64,000 nt of DNA from an uncultured Verrucomicrobiae bacterium (GTDB lineage: Bacteria; Verrucomicrobiota; Verrucomicrobiia; Chthoniobacterales; UBA10450). Both the position numbers and the translations under genes were made by a program. The notes below the pieces were generated by a model that worked only from the letters and a program-made list of their open reading frames with translations, did not search any database and had not been told where the DNA came from. Position 1 is the first letter of the stretch. Every line of letters begins with the position of its first letter. The DNA lies in contig CAWFGO010000001.1 of the NCBI GenBank assembly GCA_963815455.1, positions 576,001 through 640,000 of the forward strand, written 5' to 3'. Below are positions 55,529-64,000 of the stretch, piece by piece.

Positions 55529-57292
55529 ATGGCGACGGCACCGCGCATCATCAGTCTTAACCTCGGGTCGCAGACGATCGGTCTGGCCGAATTTCAGGTC
55601 CAGCCGCACGGCGGCCTGGTGTTGCAGAACTATCGGCTGCGCGAAATCCTGGCCGACCCGGCGGGCGAAGGAATGCGGCAGCCGCAAATGGCGGCGGCGC
55701 TGCGCGAGATGATGAACGAGATGCAAATCAACGGCGGCGACGTCAATTTCGCCGTGGCCGGGCAATCGGTTTTCACCCGGTTCGTGAAATTGCCCGCGGT
55801 AGAAGAGGAAAAAATCGAGCGCATCATTTCGTTCGAGGCGCAGCAGAATGTTCCTTTCCCGATCGACGAGGTTGTTTGGGATTATCAACTCGTCGGGGGC
55901 GGCGCGGAGGAACAAATCCAGGTCGTGCTCGTGGCGATCAAGTCCGATTTGCTCGACGGAATCAACGAATCGGTCGAGGCCACCGGGTTGCGCACGACGG
56001 TTGTCGATGTTGCGCCGATGACGCTTTACAACGCGTTTCGGTATAGTTACAGCGACCTGACCGGCTGTTCGTTGCTGGTCGATATCGGCGCGCGGACGAC
56101 GAATCTTCTTTTCATAGAATCGGGTAAGATTTTCTCCCGCAGCGTTCCGATCGGCGGGAGTTCGATCACCGCTGCGATTGCCAAGGAATTCGGCGACGCG
56201 TTCACCGCGGCAGAATTCCGGAAGAAACGCGACGGCTTCGTCAGCCTGGGAGGCACGTACGCCGAGCCTTCCGATGTCGATGTCGCGCGGTCCTCCAAGA
56301 TTGTGCGGAGCACCATGACCCGGCTGCACGCGGAATTGATGCGGTCGATCAGCCATTACCGGGCGCAGCAGCAGGGCAATTCGCCGGACCGCGTGCTTCT
56401 GTGCGGCGGCAGCGCCAGCATGCCCTACATGCGCGAATTTTTTCACGAGAAATTGCAATTGCCGATCGAGTTTTTTAATCCGCTCCGGAATGTTGCGGTG
56501 GCCGATACGACGCGGGTGACCGAGCTGACGCGGTCGGCCCATTTGTTAGGCGAACTGGTGGGACTTGCCCTCCGCAGCGTCACGACCTGTCCGATGGAGT
56601 TGAACCTGCGCCCGGCCAAGGTGGCTCAGCGGCACGAGCTGGAAAAACGGCGGCCATTTTTTATCGCCGCGGCCGCCTGCCTTGTTCTGGGTCTGCTTGG
56701 CTGGAGCGGATATTACTGGCAGGCCGCGCATGCGACCAGCCACGGCACGGCGCAACTCCAGCAGAAACTCGATGTCATGCACGCTGCCGAGGCGCAGCTG
56801 GACACGCTCCGCAAACAGACAAACGCGCTCGACGGCACAGCCATGCCTCTTATCGAGGCGGTCAACGATCGCAGTTTTTGGCCGCAACTTCTCGAGGATT
56901 TGAATGCGCGTCTGCCAAAAGAGAACATCTGGATAACGGAACTGGTCGCGACTTCCGCCGGCAAACCGATTGGCGTGGATGCGGGGCGCGCGGCGGCGCT
57001 CGCCCCAAGCCCAACTCCGCGGCCCAGTGCCAGTCCGCGCGGTCGAATTGCCGCGGGAAAACCGGCGGCGCCGGCGATCGACGGGATACTGATTCGGGGC
57101 CTGTATTTGCTCAATCCCAAGCAGCAAGATGTGGTGGTCGATTATTTTCGCAACCTGGTGAAGTCGCCCTTTTTCAATGTCGATCCGAAAGATCAATCGC
57201 GCGTGATCAAGTCGACGATACCGAACAACAAACAGTGGGCATTCGACTACGAGCTGCATCTCGAACTGCGTAAACCGATGCCGTTGCCATGA
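55529..57292 (+). CDS. pilM: PilM (actin-like ATPase fold) fused to a PilN-like domain (Amuc_1101-like)
   Basis: VFTRFVKLP, FEAQQNVPFP, LVDIGARTT, LCGG, TM segment then periplasmic domain. Confidence 0.9.
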   Translation: MATAPRIISLNLGSQTIGLAEFQVQPHGGLVLQNYRLREILADPAGEGMRQPQMAAALREMMNEMQINGGDVNFAVAGQSVFTRFVKLPAVEEEKIERIISFEAQQNVPFPIDEVVWDYQLVGGGAEEQIQVVLVAIKSDLLDGINESVEATGLRTTVVDVAPMTLYNAFRYSYSDLTGCSLLVDIGARTTNLLFIESGKIFSRSVPIGGSSITAAIAKEFGDAFTAAEFRKKRDGFVSLGGTYAEPSDVDVARSSKIVRSTMTRLHAELMRSISHYRAQQQGNSPDRVLLCGGSASMPYMREFFHEKLQLPIEFFNPLRNVAVADTTRVTELTRSAHLLGELVGLALRSVTTCPMELNLRPAKVAQRHELEKRRPFFIAAAACLVLGLLGWSGYYWQAAHATSHGTAQLQQKLDVMHAAEAQLDTLRKQTNALDGTAMPLIEAVNDRSFWPQLLEDLNARLPKENIWITELVATSAGKPIGVDAGRAAALAPSPTPRPSASPRGRIAAGKPAAPAIDGILIRGLYLLNPKQQDVVVDYFRNLVKSPFFNVDPKDQSRVIKSTIPNNKQWAFDYELHLELRKPMPLP

Positions 57293-58191
57293 AGGATTGG
57301 TTCCAGAAAAATCAATGGCTCGGCCGGTTCGTGATCGCGACGGGAGGCGCAACATTACTCGCGCTCGTTTTGCTTTTTCTGGCCAAGGGCAGGTACGAGG
57401 ACGCGTCGGCGCGCTTTAACGAAGCGTCGATGGAACGAAGCCGGCTGGAGCGTCTCGATCCGTTCCCAAGCGATGCCAACTACAACAAGATGAAGCAGTA
57501 CATCGAGAACTACGGCGCCGCGCTCGACAAATTCAAAACGGAACTGAAAACACACGTTCCGCCCGCGCCGGCGGAACTCGCGCCGAACGAATTTCAATCC
57601 CGCCTGCGCCAGGCGATGACCGCGACCGTTGACAAAGCACGGGCCAATAAGGTCGAGCTGCCGGAGAATTTTTTCCTCGGGTTCGACGAATTTACCGCGG
57701 CGCTGCCGAACACAGCCGTGGCGCCGCTTCTCGGCCAGGAACTTTCCCAAATCCAGTTGTTGATGAACATCGTGATCGACGCCCGGGTGGACCGCGTGAT
57801 CGCCTTCAAGCGAACGCCGTTGCCGTCGGAAGGAGCGGCCGCGCCAACACCAGCGGCGGGTCCGGGAAAAAAACCCGGGCCGACCACGGCCGGCAGCCGC
57901 GGCGAAAGCGCGAAGCTGATCGAGCGCGGCGTTGTCGATCTTACTTTTACGGGAACGCCAGGGGCAGCGCGGCGAGTGATCAATCAAATCGCCAGCGCGA
58001 ACGACCAGTTCTACATCATTCGCACGTTGCATGTGCGAAACGAAAATGACAAAGGTCCGCTACGAGAGGCAGCCGCCGCCCCTGCGCCCGACGGCACATC
58101 TTCGAGTCCGCAGAGCGCGCTCAATTTCATCGTGGGCAACGAACAGGTCGAAATCGCGGCCAAAATCGAGATCGTGCGATTTACGTACTAA
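57289..58191 (+). CDS. Amuc_1100-like (PilO-like) protein
   Basis: N-terminal TM, coiled coil, FFLGFDEF, FIVGNE; position in operon. Confidence 0.75.
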   Translation: MKDWFQKNQWLGRFVIATGGATLLALVLLFLAKGRYEDASARFNEASMERSRLERLDPFPSDANYNKMKQYIENYGAALDKFKTELKTHVPPAPAELAPNEFQSRLRQAMTATVDKARANKVELPENFFLGFDEFTAALPNTAVAPLLGQELSQIQLLMNIVIDARVDRVIAFKRTPLPSEGAAAPTPAAGPGKKPGPTTAGSRGESAKLIERGVVDLTFTGTPGAARRVINQIASANDQFYIIRTLHVRNENDKGPLREAAAAPAPDGTSSSPQSALNFIVGNEQVEIAAKIEIVRFTY

Positions 58192-58214
58192 TGATGAATG
58201 CTGTGAACACTGCG

Positions 58215-58516
58215 GGTAGCGGTCGCCGCGGCGACCTGGTCAGCGTCTCGCCGTCGCGTCGAAAAAAAGGACGCGCGGAAGCACGTCCCTCCGGAGGGAC
58301 ATGCTTCTGCATGTCCAGGAATCCCGTATAGTTCACGTACTAATATGAAGACGCACGAGATCGAATTTCTGGGGAGCGCACGCGCCCTCGCGTGCACGTT
58401 TCGGCGCCCTCGCCGAAACACATCCAACGCAGCCAGATCAACCGAGCTATGCAAACTTAAAAAATTCGCGATCGCGAGGGCGCGATCGCCGGCACGCGCG
58501 GGCGCGTGCGCTACCC
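58215..58516. repeat. Cluster of REP-like palindromes inside the pilus operon
   Basis: ggacgcgcggaagcacgtccctcc / ggagggacatgcttctgcatgtcc and ggggagcgcacgcgccc...gggcgcgtgcgctaccc. Confidence 0.7.
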
Positions 58517-59479
58517 ATGGACTGGATTAAAACCCATTACGATCGTGTCGCGGTCATTGCCGCGGCCGTCTTCCTTTTTCTGTGCGCGACATCGATCTGG
58601 CGCAGCGCGGCCCAGTTCGGTGAAAATTTCGCTTCACTGCAAGCGACGGCCCGCCCCAAACCGGCCACGCCACCGGCGATGGCGGTGGCGCTGGACGACG
58701 CGGCGAAAAATCTGAAACAGTCGCCGCAATGGACGTTCAGCGGACGCTCGGGGCTGTTCGTTCCGGAGAAACATTTCGTCGACGCCCAGGGTCAACTGGC
58801 CACGTTGAAATCGACGGAAGTGCATCCGCCGGTCCCTAACGAGTGGCTGGAGCAATTTGGCCTGCCCATTCAGGACGCGAACGTTCTCGAGCAGGATCCG
58901 GACGGCGATGGATTCGACAACGTGACCGAGTGGCGCGGGCATTCCGACCCGAACGACAAAAAATCGCATCCCGATTACGTCGTGGCGTTGAAATTGAAGT
59001 CGGTCCGCAACGAATCGTTCCGGCTGTTGTTCTCAGCCTGGAACCCGGAGACCGAGACGGCCCAGATCGAAACGATCGACTTCAAGGAACCGACCCAGTT
59101 CCTGAAAGTCGGCGATACCATCGGCGGGACCAGATTCAAGATCGTAAAGTTTACCGAGAAACATCAGCCCAACCCGGCGACCGGCGGAGACGAGGACGTT
59201 TCCGAATTGCTGCTCGAGCACGTGAACACGCAGGACCAGCTCACCCTGGTAAAGGAAAAAGTGGCCACCTCGCCCGAACCGGTCGCGACTTTCGTCTATA
59301 CATGGCCGGCGGGCCAGCCCCATCGGGAAATCCAGGTTCGAAAAGAACAGGAATTTTCATTGAAACCGAACGAGCAGATCAAATATAAGTTGGTGGAGGC
59401 CCAGCCGACAAAAGCAGTGATCGTAAACACCCAAAAACCGGATCAACGCATCGAGATCGCAGTCTGGGGCCATAAATAA
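58517..59479 (+). CDS. Amuc_1099-like pilus-system protein
   Basis: MDWIKTHYDR plus TM, VHPPVPNEW, DPDGDGFDN..EW...DPND..SHP. Confidence 0.75.
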   Translation: MDWIKTHYDRVAVIAAAVFLFLCATSIWRSAAQFGENFASLQATARPKPATPPAMAVALDDAAKNLKQSPQWTFSGRSGLFVPEKHFVDAQGQLATLKSTEVHPPVPNEWLEQFGLPIQDANVLEQDPDGDGFDNVTEWRGHSDPNDKKSHPDYVVALKLKSVRNESFRLLFSAWNPETETAQIETIDFKEPTQFLKVGDTIGGTRFKIVKFTEKHQPNPATGGDEDVSELLLEHVNTQDQLTLVKEKVATSPEPVATFVYTWPAGQPHREIQVRKEQEFSLKPNEQIKYKLVEAQPTKAVIVNTQKPDQRIEIAVWGHK

Positions 59480-59623
59480 TTCGAAATCGAAACTCGAATT
59501 TCGAAATCCGAAACAAATCCAAATGAACAACATAGCCAAAACAGACATGGTTGCGGTTTTTTTCGTTTGGAGCATTTGAAATTTCGGATTTGTTTCGAGA
59601 TTCGGGATTCGGGATTCGGATTT
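59480..59623. repeat. Heptamer-built long hairpin
   Basis: tcgaaatccgaaacaaatcc...ggatttgtttcgagattcgggattcgggattcgga. Confidence 0.75.
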
Positions 59624-62257
59624 TGCGGCCGGCAACGTTCGGCGATCTTCTTGTCGATCCTCTGCACCACCGGCACGGCGCAGAATGTGGAACGGATCTC
59701 GAAACGGGAAATCCAGCGGCGTCAGGCGGCGTTGACCCAGGGACAGGAAGCGCTCGCCCGGGCCCAGGCCGCGCTGGCGGAAAAGAACTTTGCCCTGGCC
59801 CACGATCAATTTCGCATTGCGATCAATTTTGTTCCCGATGGCGCGGTATCGGGCGATGCTTATACCGCGGCGGTCGATGGTTTTTGCAAGAGCGGGATCG
59901 ACCTGGCCGAACAACGAATCGCCGAAGGCAAGCACGACGAGGCGGAAATGATCGTGCGAGAGATTCTCGACCCGCGGTACAATCCAAATTATCGCCCGGC
60001 GTCGGAGCTGCTGGTTCATTTGCAGACGCCCGGTTATTTCAACCGGACAATGGGACCGAAGTTCATCGACAAGGTTGAGCAGGTAAAAAAACTGCTGACC
60101 GACGCCGACGGTTACTACAATTCCGGCCGGTACGATCTCGCCTTCAAGAAATACGAACAGGTCCTGGCGCTTGATCCCTACAACACGGCCGCCCGGCGCG
60201 GTCAGGAAAGACTCGATCTGACCAAGTACCAGTATAACGAGCAGGCCTACAATGAAACCCGGGCCCGCCAGCTTTGGCAGGTGGAAAAAGGCTGGGAGCA
60301 ACCGGTCCGCAAATACGGCGAAGCGAGCGGGGCGCTGACCGACGCGTTCCAGCGCGATGCGGCCGGGACGGCCCGGATTTCAAACAAGCTGAACACGATC
60401 ATTATTCCGCGGGTTGAATTTCGCGACGCCAGCATTCGGGAGGCGATCGATTTCCTTCGTCAACAAGCCGTGGCCAACGATCCCGCGACCGAGGGCCGCA
60501 AAGGACTCGACATCGTGCTGCGCCTGGCGCCGCTTGGCCAGATTGCCCCTGCCCCTGCGCCAGTAGAATCTGCGCCGCCGCCCGAGATGCCAGCCGGCGC
60601 GCCCGAAGGCGGAGCGCCGGAAGGGGCAGCTCCGATTGTTCAACCGGTGGCGCCGGCGATTTCGCCAGGCAGCGCGCGCATCACGATCACGCTCAACCAA
60701 ATCCCGTTGGGCGAAGCGCTGCGTTACATCGCCAGCCAGGCCGGGCTAAAAGTGAAAATTGAGCCCTACGCGGTGTTGGTCATTCCGATCAACGAACAAA
60801 GCGTCGATTTGATGACCAAAGAATATCGCGTGCCGCCCGGATTTATTTCCAGTTCGCTCAATGCCGGACCTTCTTCGTTAAGTCTCGGCGCCTACAAGAC
60901 CGCGCCCGGCACTGGCGGGACCGGGAAAGACACGCAGGAATCGACCGGGGGCCAGCAGCTCGTGACTCGGGAAGGGGCCAAAGAATTCCTGGAAAGCCAG
61001 GGCGTGCCGTTCCCGCCCGGGTCCAGCGCAAATTTTCTTCCGCAAAGCAGCCGTCTCATTGTGCGCAACACCGCCGACAATCTCGAACTGGTGGATGCGC
61101 TGGTCGAGCAAGCGGCCGTGTCCGGGCCGAAGCAGGTCGAGATCGAATCGAAGTTCATCGAGATTACCCAAAACAATCTCAAAGAACTTGGGTTCGACTG
61201 GTTGCTCGGGCAATTCAATGTCGGCAACCACAGAGTTTTTGGCGGTGGCGGCACATCCGGGTCGGGACCGGCGGTCAGTGGCCAGAATTTTCCGTTTGTC
61301 GATCCGACCACTGGAAATCCGGTCGGGCAATTCCCGATTACCGGCGGCAACCGCAGTGGCAATCTGGCCATCAGCGGCAATGCCATCGACGCTCTTTTGT
61401 TTGGCACTCCGGCAGGTCTCGCTCCGGGAATTTTTGGATTGAGCGGCGTTTTTACCGATCCGCAGTTTCAGGTCGTGGTTAGGGCGCTGAATCAGAAAAA
61501 GGGAATCGATCTTCTCTCCGCCCCGCGAGTGACGACCAAGAGCGGCCAGCGCGCCGTGATCGAAGTGGTGCGCGAGTTCCGGTATCCGACGCAATTTCAG
61601 CCGCCGCAAATTCCCCAAACGTTCCGGCAGGATGAGCTCAATTCGGCTCCGCAGGCCGGCGTGACGCTGATCGCCGTGAGCGGCGGAGGTTTCCCGGTTA
61701 CGCCGACAACCCCGATCGCGTTCGAGACCCGCAACACCGGAATCACCCTGGAAGTGGAACCGGTGGTGGGACCGGACGGAACGACCATCGACCTGAATTT
61801 GGTTCCGCAGGTGGTCGAGTTTGAAGGCTTCATCAACTATGGCAGCCCGATTCAGTCAACATCGTCGTCATTTCTGAATCAACTCACTGGAGGACTGGTT
61901 AGCTCGCCTCCGAGTGTGCTCACCGAGAATGTGATCAACCAGCCCATCTTCAGCTCCCGCAAGATCACCACCAGCATCAGCGTGTGGGACGGGCAGACGG
62001 TTGTGCTGGGCGGACTGATCCGCGAGGACGTCCAGAAGATCGAAGACCGGACGCCAATCGTGGGCGATCTGCCGCTGGTTGGGCGCCTGTTCCGCACCAA
62101 TGTCGATCAACACATCAAGCGCAACCTGATCATCTTCGTCACCGCGCGTCTGGTCACGCCCGGCGGCCAGCCGGTGAACTCGACCGAAGAGGAAGAAGAA
62201 ACGCCCGAACTGCTCCAGCCACCGGTGTTACCGGAAGTGCCGATGTATAAAAAATAG
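59567..62257 (+). CDS. Amuc_1098-like TPR-containing secretin (PilQ/GspD family); start uncertain
   Basis: QVEIESKFIE, LSAPRVTT, GITLEVEP, DGQTVVLGGL, P.VGRLFR, RNLIIFVT. Confidence 0.92.
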   Translation: MEHLKFRICFEIRDSGFGFCGRQRSAIFLSILCTTGTAQNVERISKREIQRRQAALTQGQEALARAQAALAEKNFALAHDQFRIAINFVPDGAVSGDAYTAAVDGFCKSGIDLAEQRIAEGKHDEAEMIVREILDPRYNPNYRPASELLVHLQTPGYFNRTMGPKFIDKVEQVKKLLTDADGYYNSGRYDLAFKKYEQVLALDPYNTAARRGQERLDLTKYQYNEQAYNETRARQLWQVEKGWEQPVRKYGEASGALTDAFQRDAAGTARISNKLNTIIIPRVEFRDASIREAIDFLRQQAVANDPATEGRKGLDIVLRLAPLGQIAPAPAPVESAPPPEMPAGAPEGGAPEGAAPIVQPVAPAISPGSARITITLNQIPLGEALRYIASQAGLKVKIEPYAVLVIPINEQSVDLMTKEYRVPPGFISSSLNAGPSSLSLGAYKTAPGTGGTGKDTQESTGGQQLVTREGAKEFLESQGVPFPPGSSANFLPQSSRLIVRNTADNLELVDALVEQAAVSGPKQVEIESKFIEITQNNLKELGFDWLLGQFNVGNHRVFGGGGTSGSGPAVSGQNFPFVDPTTGNPVGQFPITGGNRSGNLAISGNAIDALLFGTPAGLAPGIFGLSGVFTDPQFQVVVRALNQKKGIDLLSAPRVTTKSGQRAVIEVVREFRYPTQFQPPQIPQTFRQDELNSAPQAGVTLIAVSGGGFPVTPTTPIAFETRNTGITLEVEPVVGPDGTTIDLNLVPQVVEFEGFINYGSPIQSTSSSFLNQLTGGLVSSPPSVLTENVINQPIFSSRKITTSISVWDGQTVVLGGLIREDVQKIEDRTPIVGDLPLVGRLFRTNVDQHIKRNLIIFVTARLVTPGGQPVNSTEEEEETPELLQPPVLPEVPMYKK

Positions 62258-62470
62258 GGCAAGGGAAGTTGAGAGTTGATTGCTTTTTTGTTGAGAGACG
62301 ACCCCAAGCTCCTCGCCACGGCGAGTCCGTCCGAGGGCGGACAGGGAAATTTCAATATCCCAGGATTCCACAAAAGCTGATCCATCCGCGTTATCCGCGT
62401 AATCCGCGGTCGGTTTTCGGCCTTTCACCACGAAGGACACGAAGAAACACGAATTCTGTAGGGACTCGGA

Positions 62471-63620
62471 TTTCTTACAGAAGATAACAATGGAGCGAGC
62501 GGGACGAGCGATAGAAGGTGAAGCCGCGAGGGTCGACGGCAAGCGATTTGGGCAATGTGCGAATTTCAAAAGGGAACGAAGGTCTCAATTATTAGTTGAC
62601 TTTCAGTTCGGCGCTTTCCCTTGACCCGCGAACCAAGGAGAGACCCACGGATCACGCGAAGGACACGAATTTCCAACCCTGTGGTTCCTTCGGATACAAG
62701 ATGATCTTGCCTTCAAAACCCAAGACGGATTTGAACCTTTGCCCGGCGGATCGTCTAGTCTCGAAGCATGAGCTCGCGGAAATTAAGCACGCTGACGAGA
62801 TGCTCTCGCCTTTCGAGTTGCGGAATTGGCATCAACTATTCGGATCAACGCGACGACGCTGCACTGGGTCTCGACAGATCGAGACTGATTTGCCGGAAAG
62901 GCCGCCTGCGACCGTTATTGGAGTGAAATCGAGCATATGGACAAACCGCGTCGGCTGCTCCTTGATGAAACTTCCGTGATTGGCAAGACTGCAAAAGATC
63001 GCTCTCGGCAAACTCCTTCCAAACGATTTCAGTCATGCCCCCGTTTCAAGAGTCGCACGCGAAGCAATACCCAGTGAATGGAAACGCGGGTCGGCTTATC
63101 ATCGTTCATGCGATTTCGAAGAGCGTCACGACCGGATCTGCGTTGTTCGAATCGGGGACGACTATCGCGCGCTCGGCTCACGCGATGAAGCCACTTACCA
63201 TCGCGTCGAAAGTGCAAGGATTCGGGTAAACGTCACGAACAATACAATCGCTTTCGGTTCTAGCCTAGCCGACGCTCTTCGACTCAGATTTGTTATAGAA
63301 GATAACAATGGATCGAGCGGGACGAGCGACATAGAAGGTGAAGCCGCGAGGGTAGACGGCGAGCGATTTGGGAAATAGCGAAGTTGCAAAGGGAACAAAG
63401 GGTGGCGAATCGCTGCACATTGTAGGGCGTCTGTGTCAGACGGACACCATCAACAACAACCACGAATGAACACGAAGACACACGAATTTGCTGTAGGGCG
63501 GTCAGATTTTTTTACAGAAGATAACAATGGAGCGAGCGGGACGAGCGACATGGAAGGTGAAGCCGCGAGGGCAGACGGCGAGCGATTTGGAAATGAGCGA
63601 GTTTCAAAAGTTAACGAAGG
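62471..63620 (+). repeat. Three direct copies of a ~112-bp repeat (62471-62582, 63289-63401, 63507-63620)
   Basis: tacagaagataacaatggagcgagcgggacgagcgacat.gaaggtgaagccgcgaggg.agacggcgagcgatttgg...aaagggaacgaagg. Confidence 0.9.
62750..63250 (-). pseudogene. Degraded addiction-module antitoxin plus ParE-like toxin
   Basis: MTEIVWKEFAESDLLQ start overlapping ...HWVLLRVRLLKRGHD*; many frameshifts and stops. Confidence 0.45.
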
Positions 63621-63702
63621 CCCAGAGAACCGCGGATCACGCGGATGACACGGATTTCCAACCCTTCGCTACCTTCGTTGCCTTCTGTTAAAAACGCTTT
63701 TC

Positions 63703-63801
63703 TGTAGCCGCCTCGCTCCGTCGAGGCGTTCCCAGCATCTTGTTCTTTCCCGATGCACGGCGACAGAGCGCCCCGCACACGGCGGGCAGGCTGTGGCTAC
63801 A
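63703..63801. repeat. GTAG REP-like palindrome with nested insert
   Basis: tgtagcc...gtggctaca. Confidence 0.7.
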
Positions 63802-64000
63802 ACGGATCTGACAACAGGTTTTTTTTCCTACAGAAGATAATCTCGAAAGCCTTCGCCTACCGCGGCGGGCGGGCAGAGCGGGCGAAGGGAAGAAACGAGA
63901 AGCATCAGCGGGATTCCAGCCAGGCAACTTTGTCTTCGACTTCTCGAGAGCGTTTGGCCCCTATACTTCTGCCATTGGTCTTCACAGTGCTTAATGATGG

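Noticed and set aside
62471..63620. CRISPR array
   Set aside because: Units are ~112 bp with very unequal spacing, and no cas genes are present.
62980..63648. ORFs 62980-63378 and 63433-63648 sharing EDNNG...EGEAAR
   Set aside because: They are translations of the DNA repeat; the first copy has a 2-bp deletion that breaks the frame.

Overview
A 64-kb chromosomal window, probably from a soil Verrucomicrobiota genome (Spartobacteria/Chthoniobacterales-like). That assignment is inferred from the Amuc_1098-1102-type pilus operon, the recurrent 'VSRKTHG...dockerin' module and abundant PVC-type intergenic repeats. Many genes, including aroC, carry 1-bp frameshifts that look like long-read consensus errors. 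The backbone holds rpsA, a CBS/cystathionine gamma-lyase pair, aroC-cvpA-gatB-glycerate kinase, a GH18/deacetylase/GT2 fusion with a TonB receptor and GH26, an ECF sigma/anti-sigma/PDZ trio, amtB, floA, trpS, UDP-glucuronate decarboxylase, tRNA-Leu(CAA), tRNA-Arg(CCT) and a type IV pilus/secretin operon. Accessory highlights: (1) a signal-peptide Rhs toxin with an Ig-like+dockerin module inserted inside the Rhs core, followed by an immunity candidate, a duplicated Rhs fragment, a RAYT/Y1 transposase with ~32-bp terminal inverted repeats and an orphan Cys-rich toxin tail/immunity pair; (2) a MITE inserted exactly at the stop/start overlap of an Xre-RES toxin-antitoxin (TA) pair; (3) an island between tRNA-Arg and an inverted tRNA-Arg 5' half, encoding an Ntn/proteasome-like protein, a PIN TA and a Zn-ribbon DUF3800-like protein; (4) a candidate structured RNA; (5) a dockerin-tagged FG-GAP gene flanked by a duplicated host-gene 3' end; (6) small palindromes nested in other repeats and in-frame inside a gene. 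No CRISPR array or rRNA was seen. Family calls are from motif recognition only; no searches were run.
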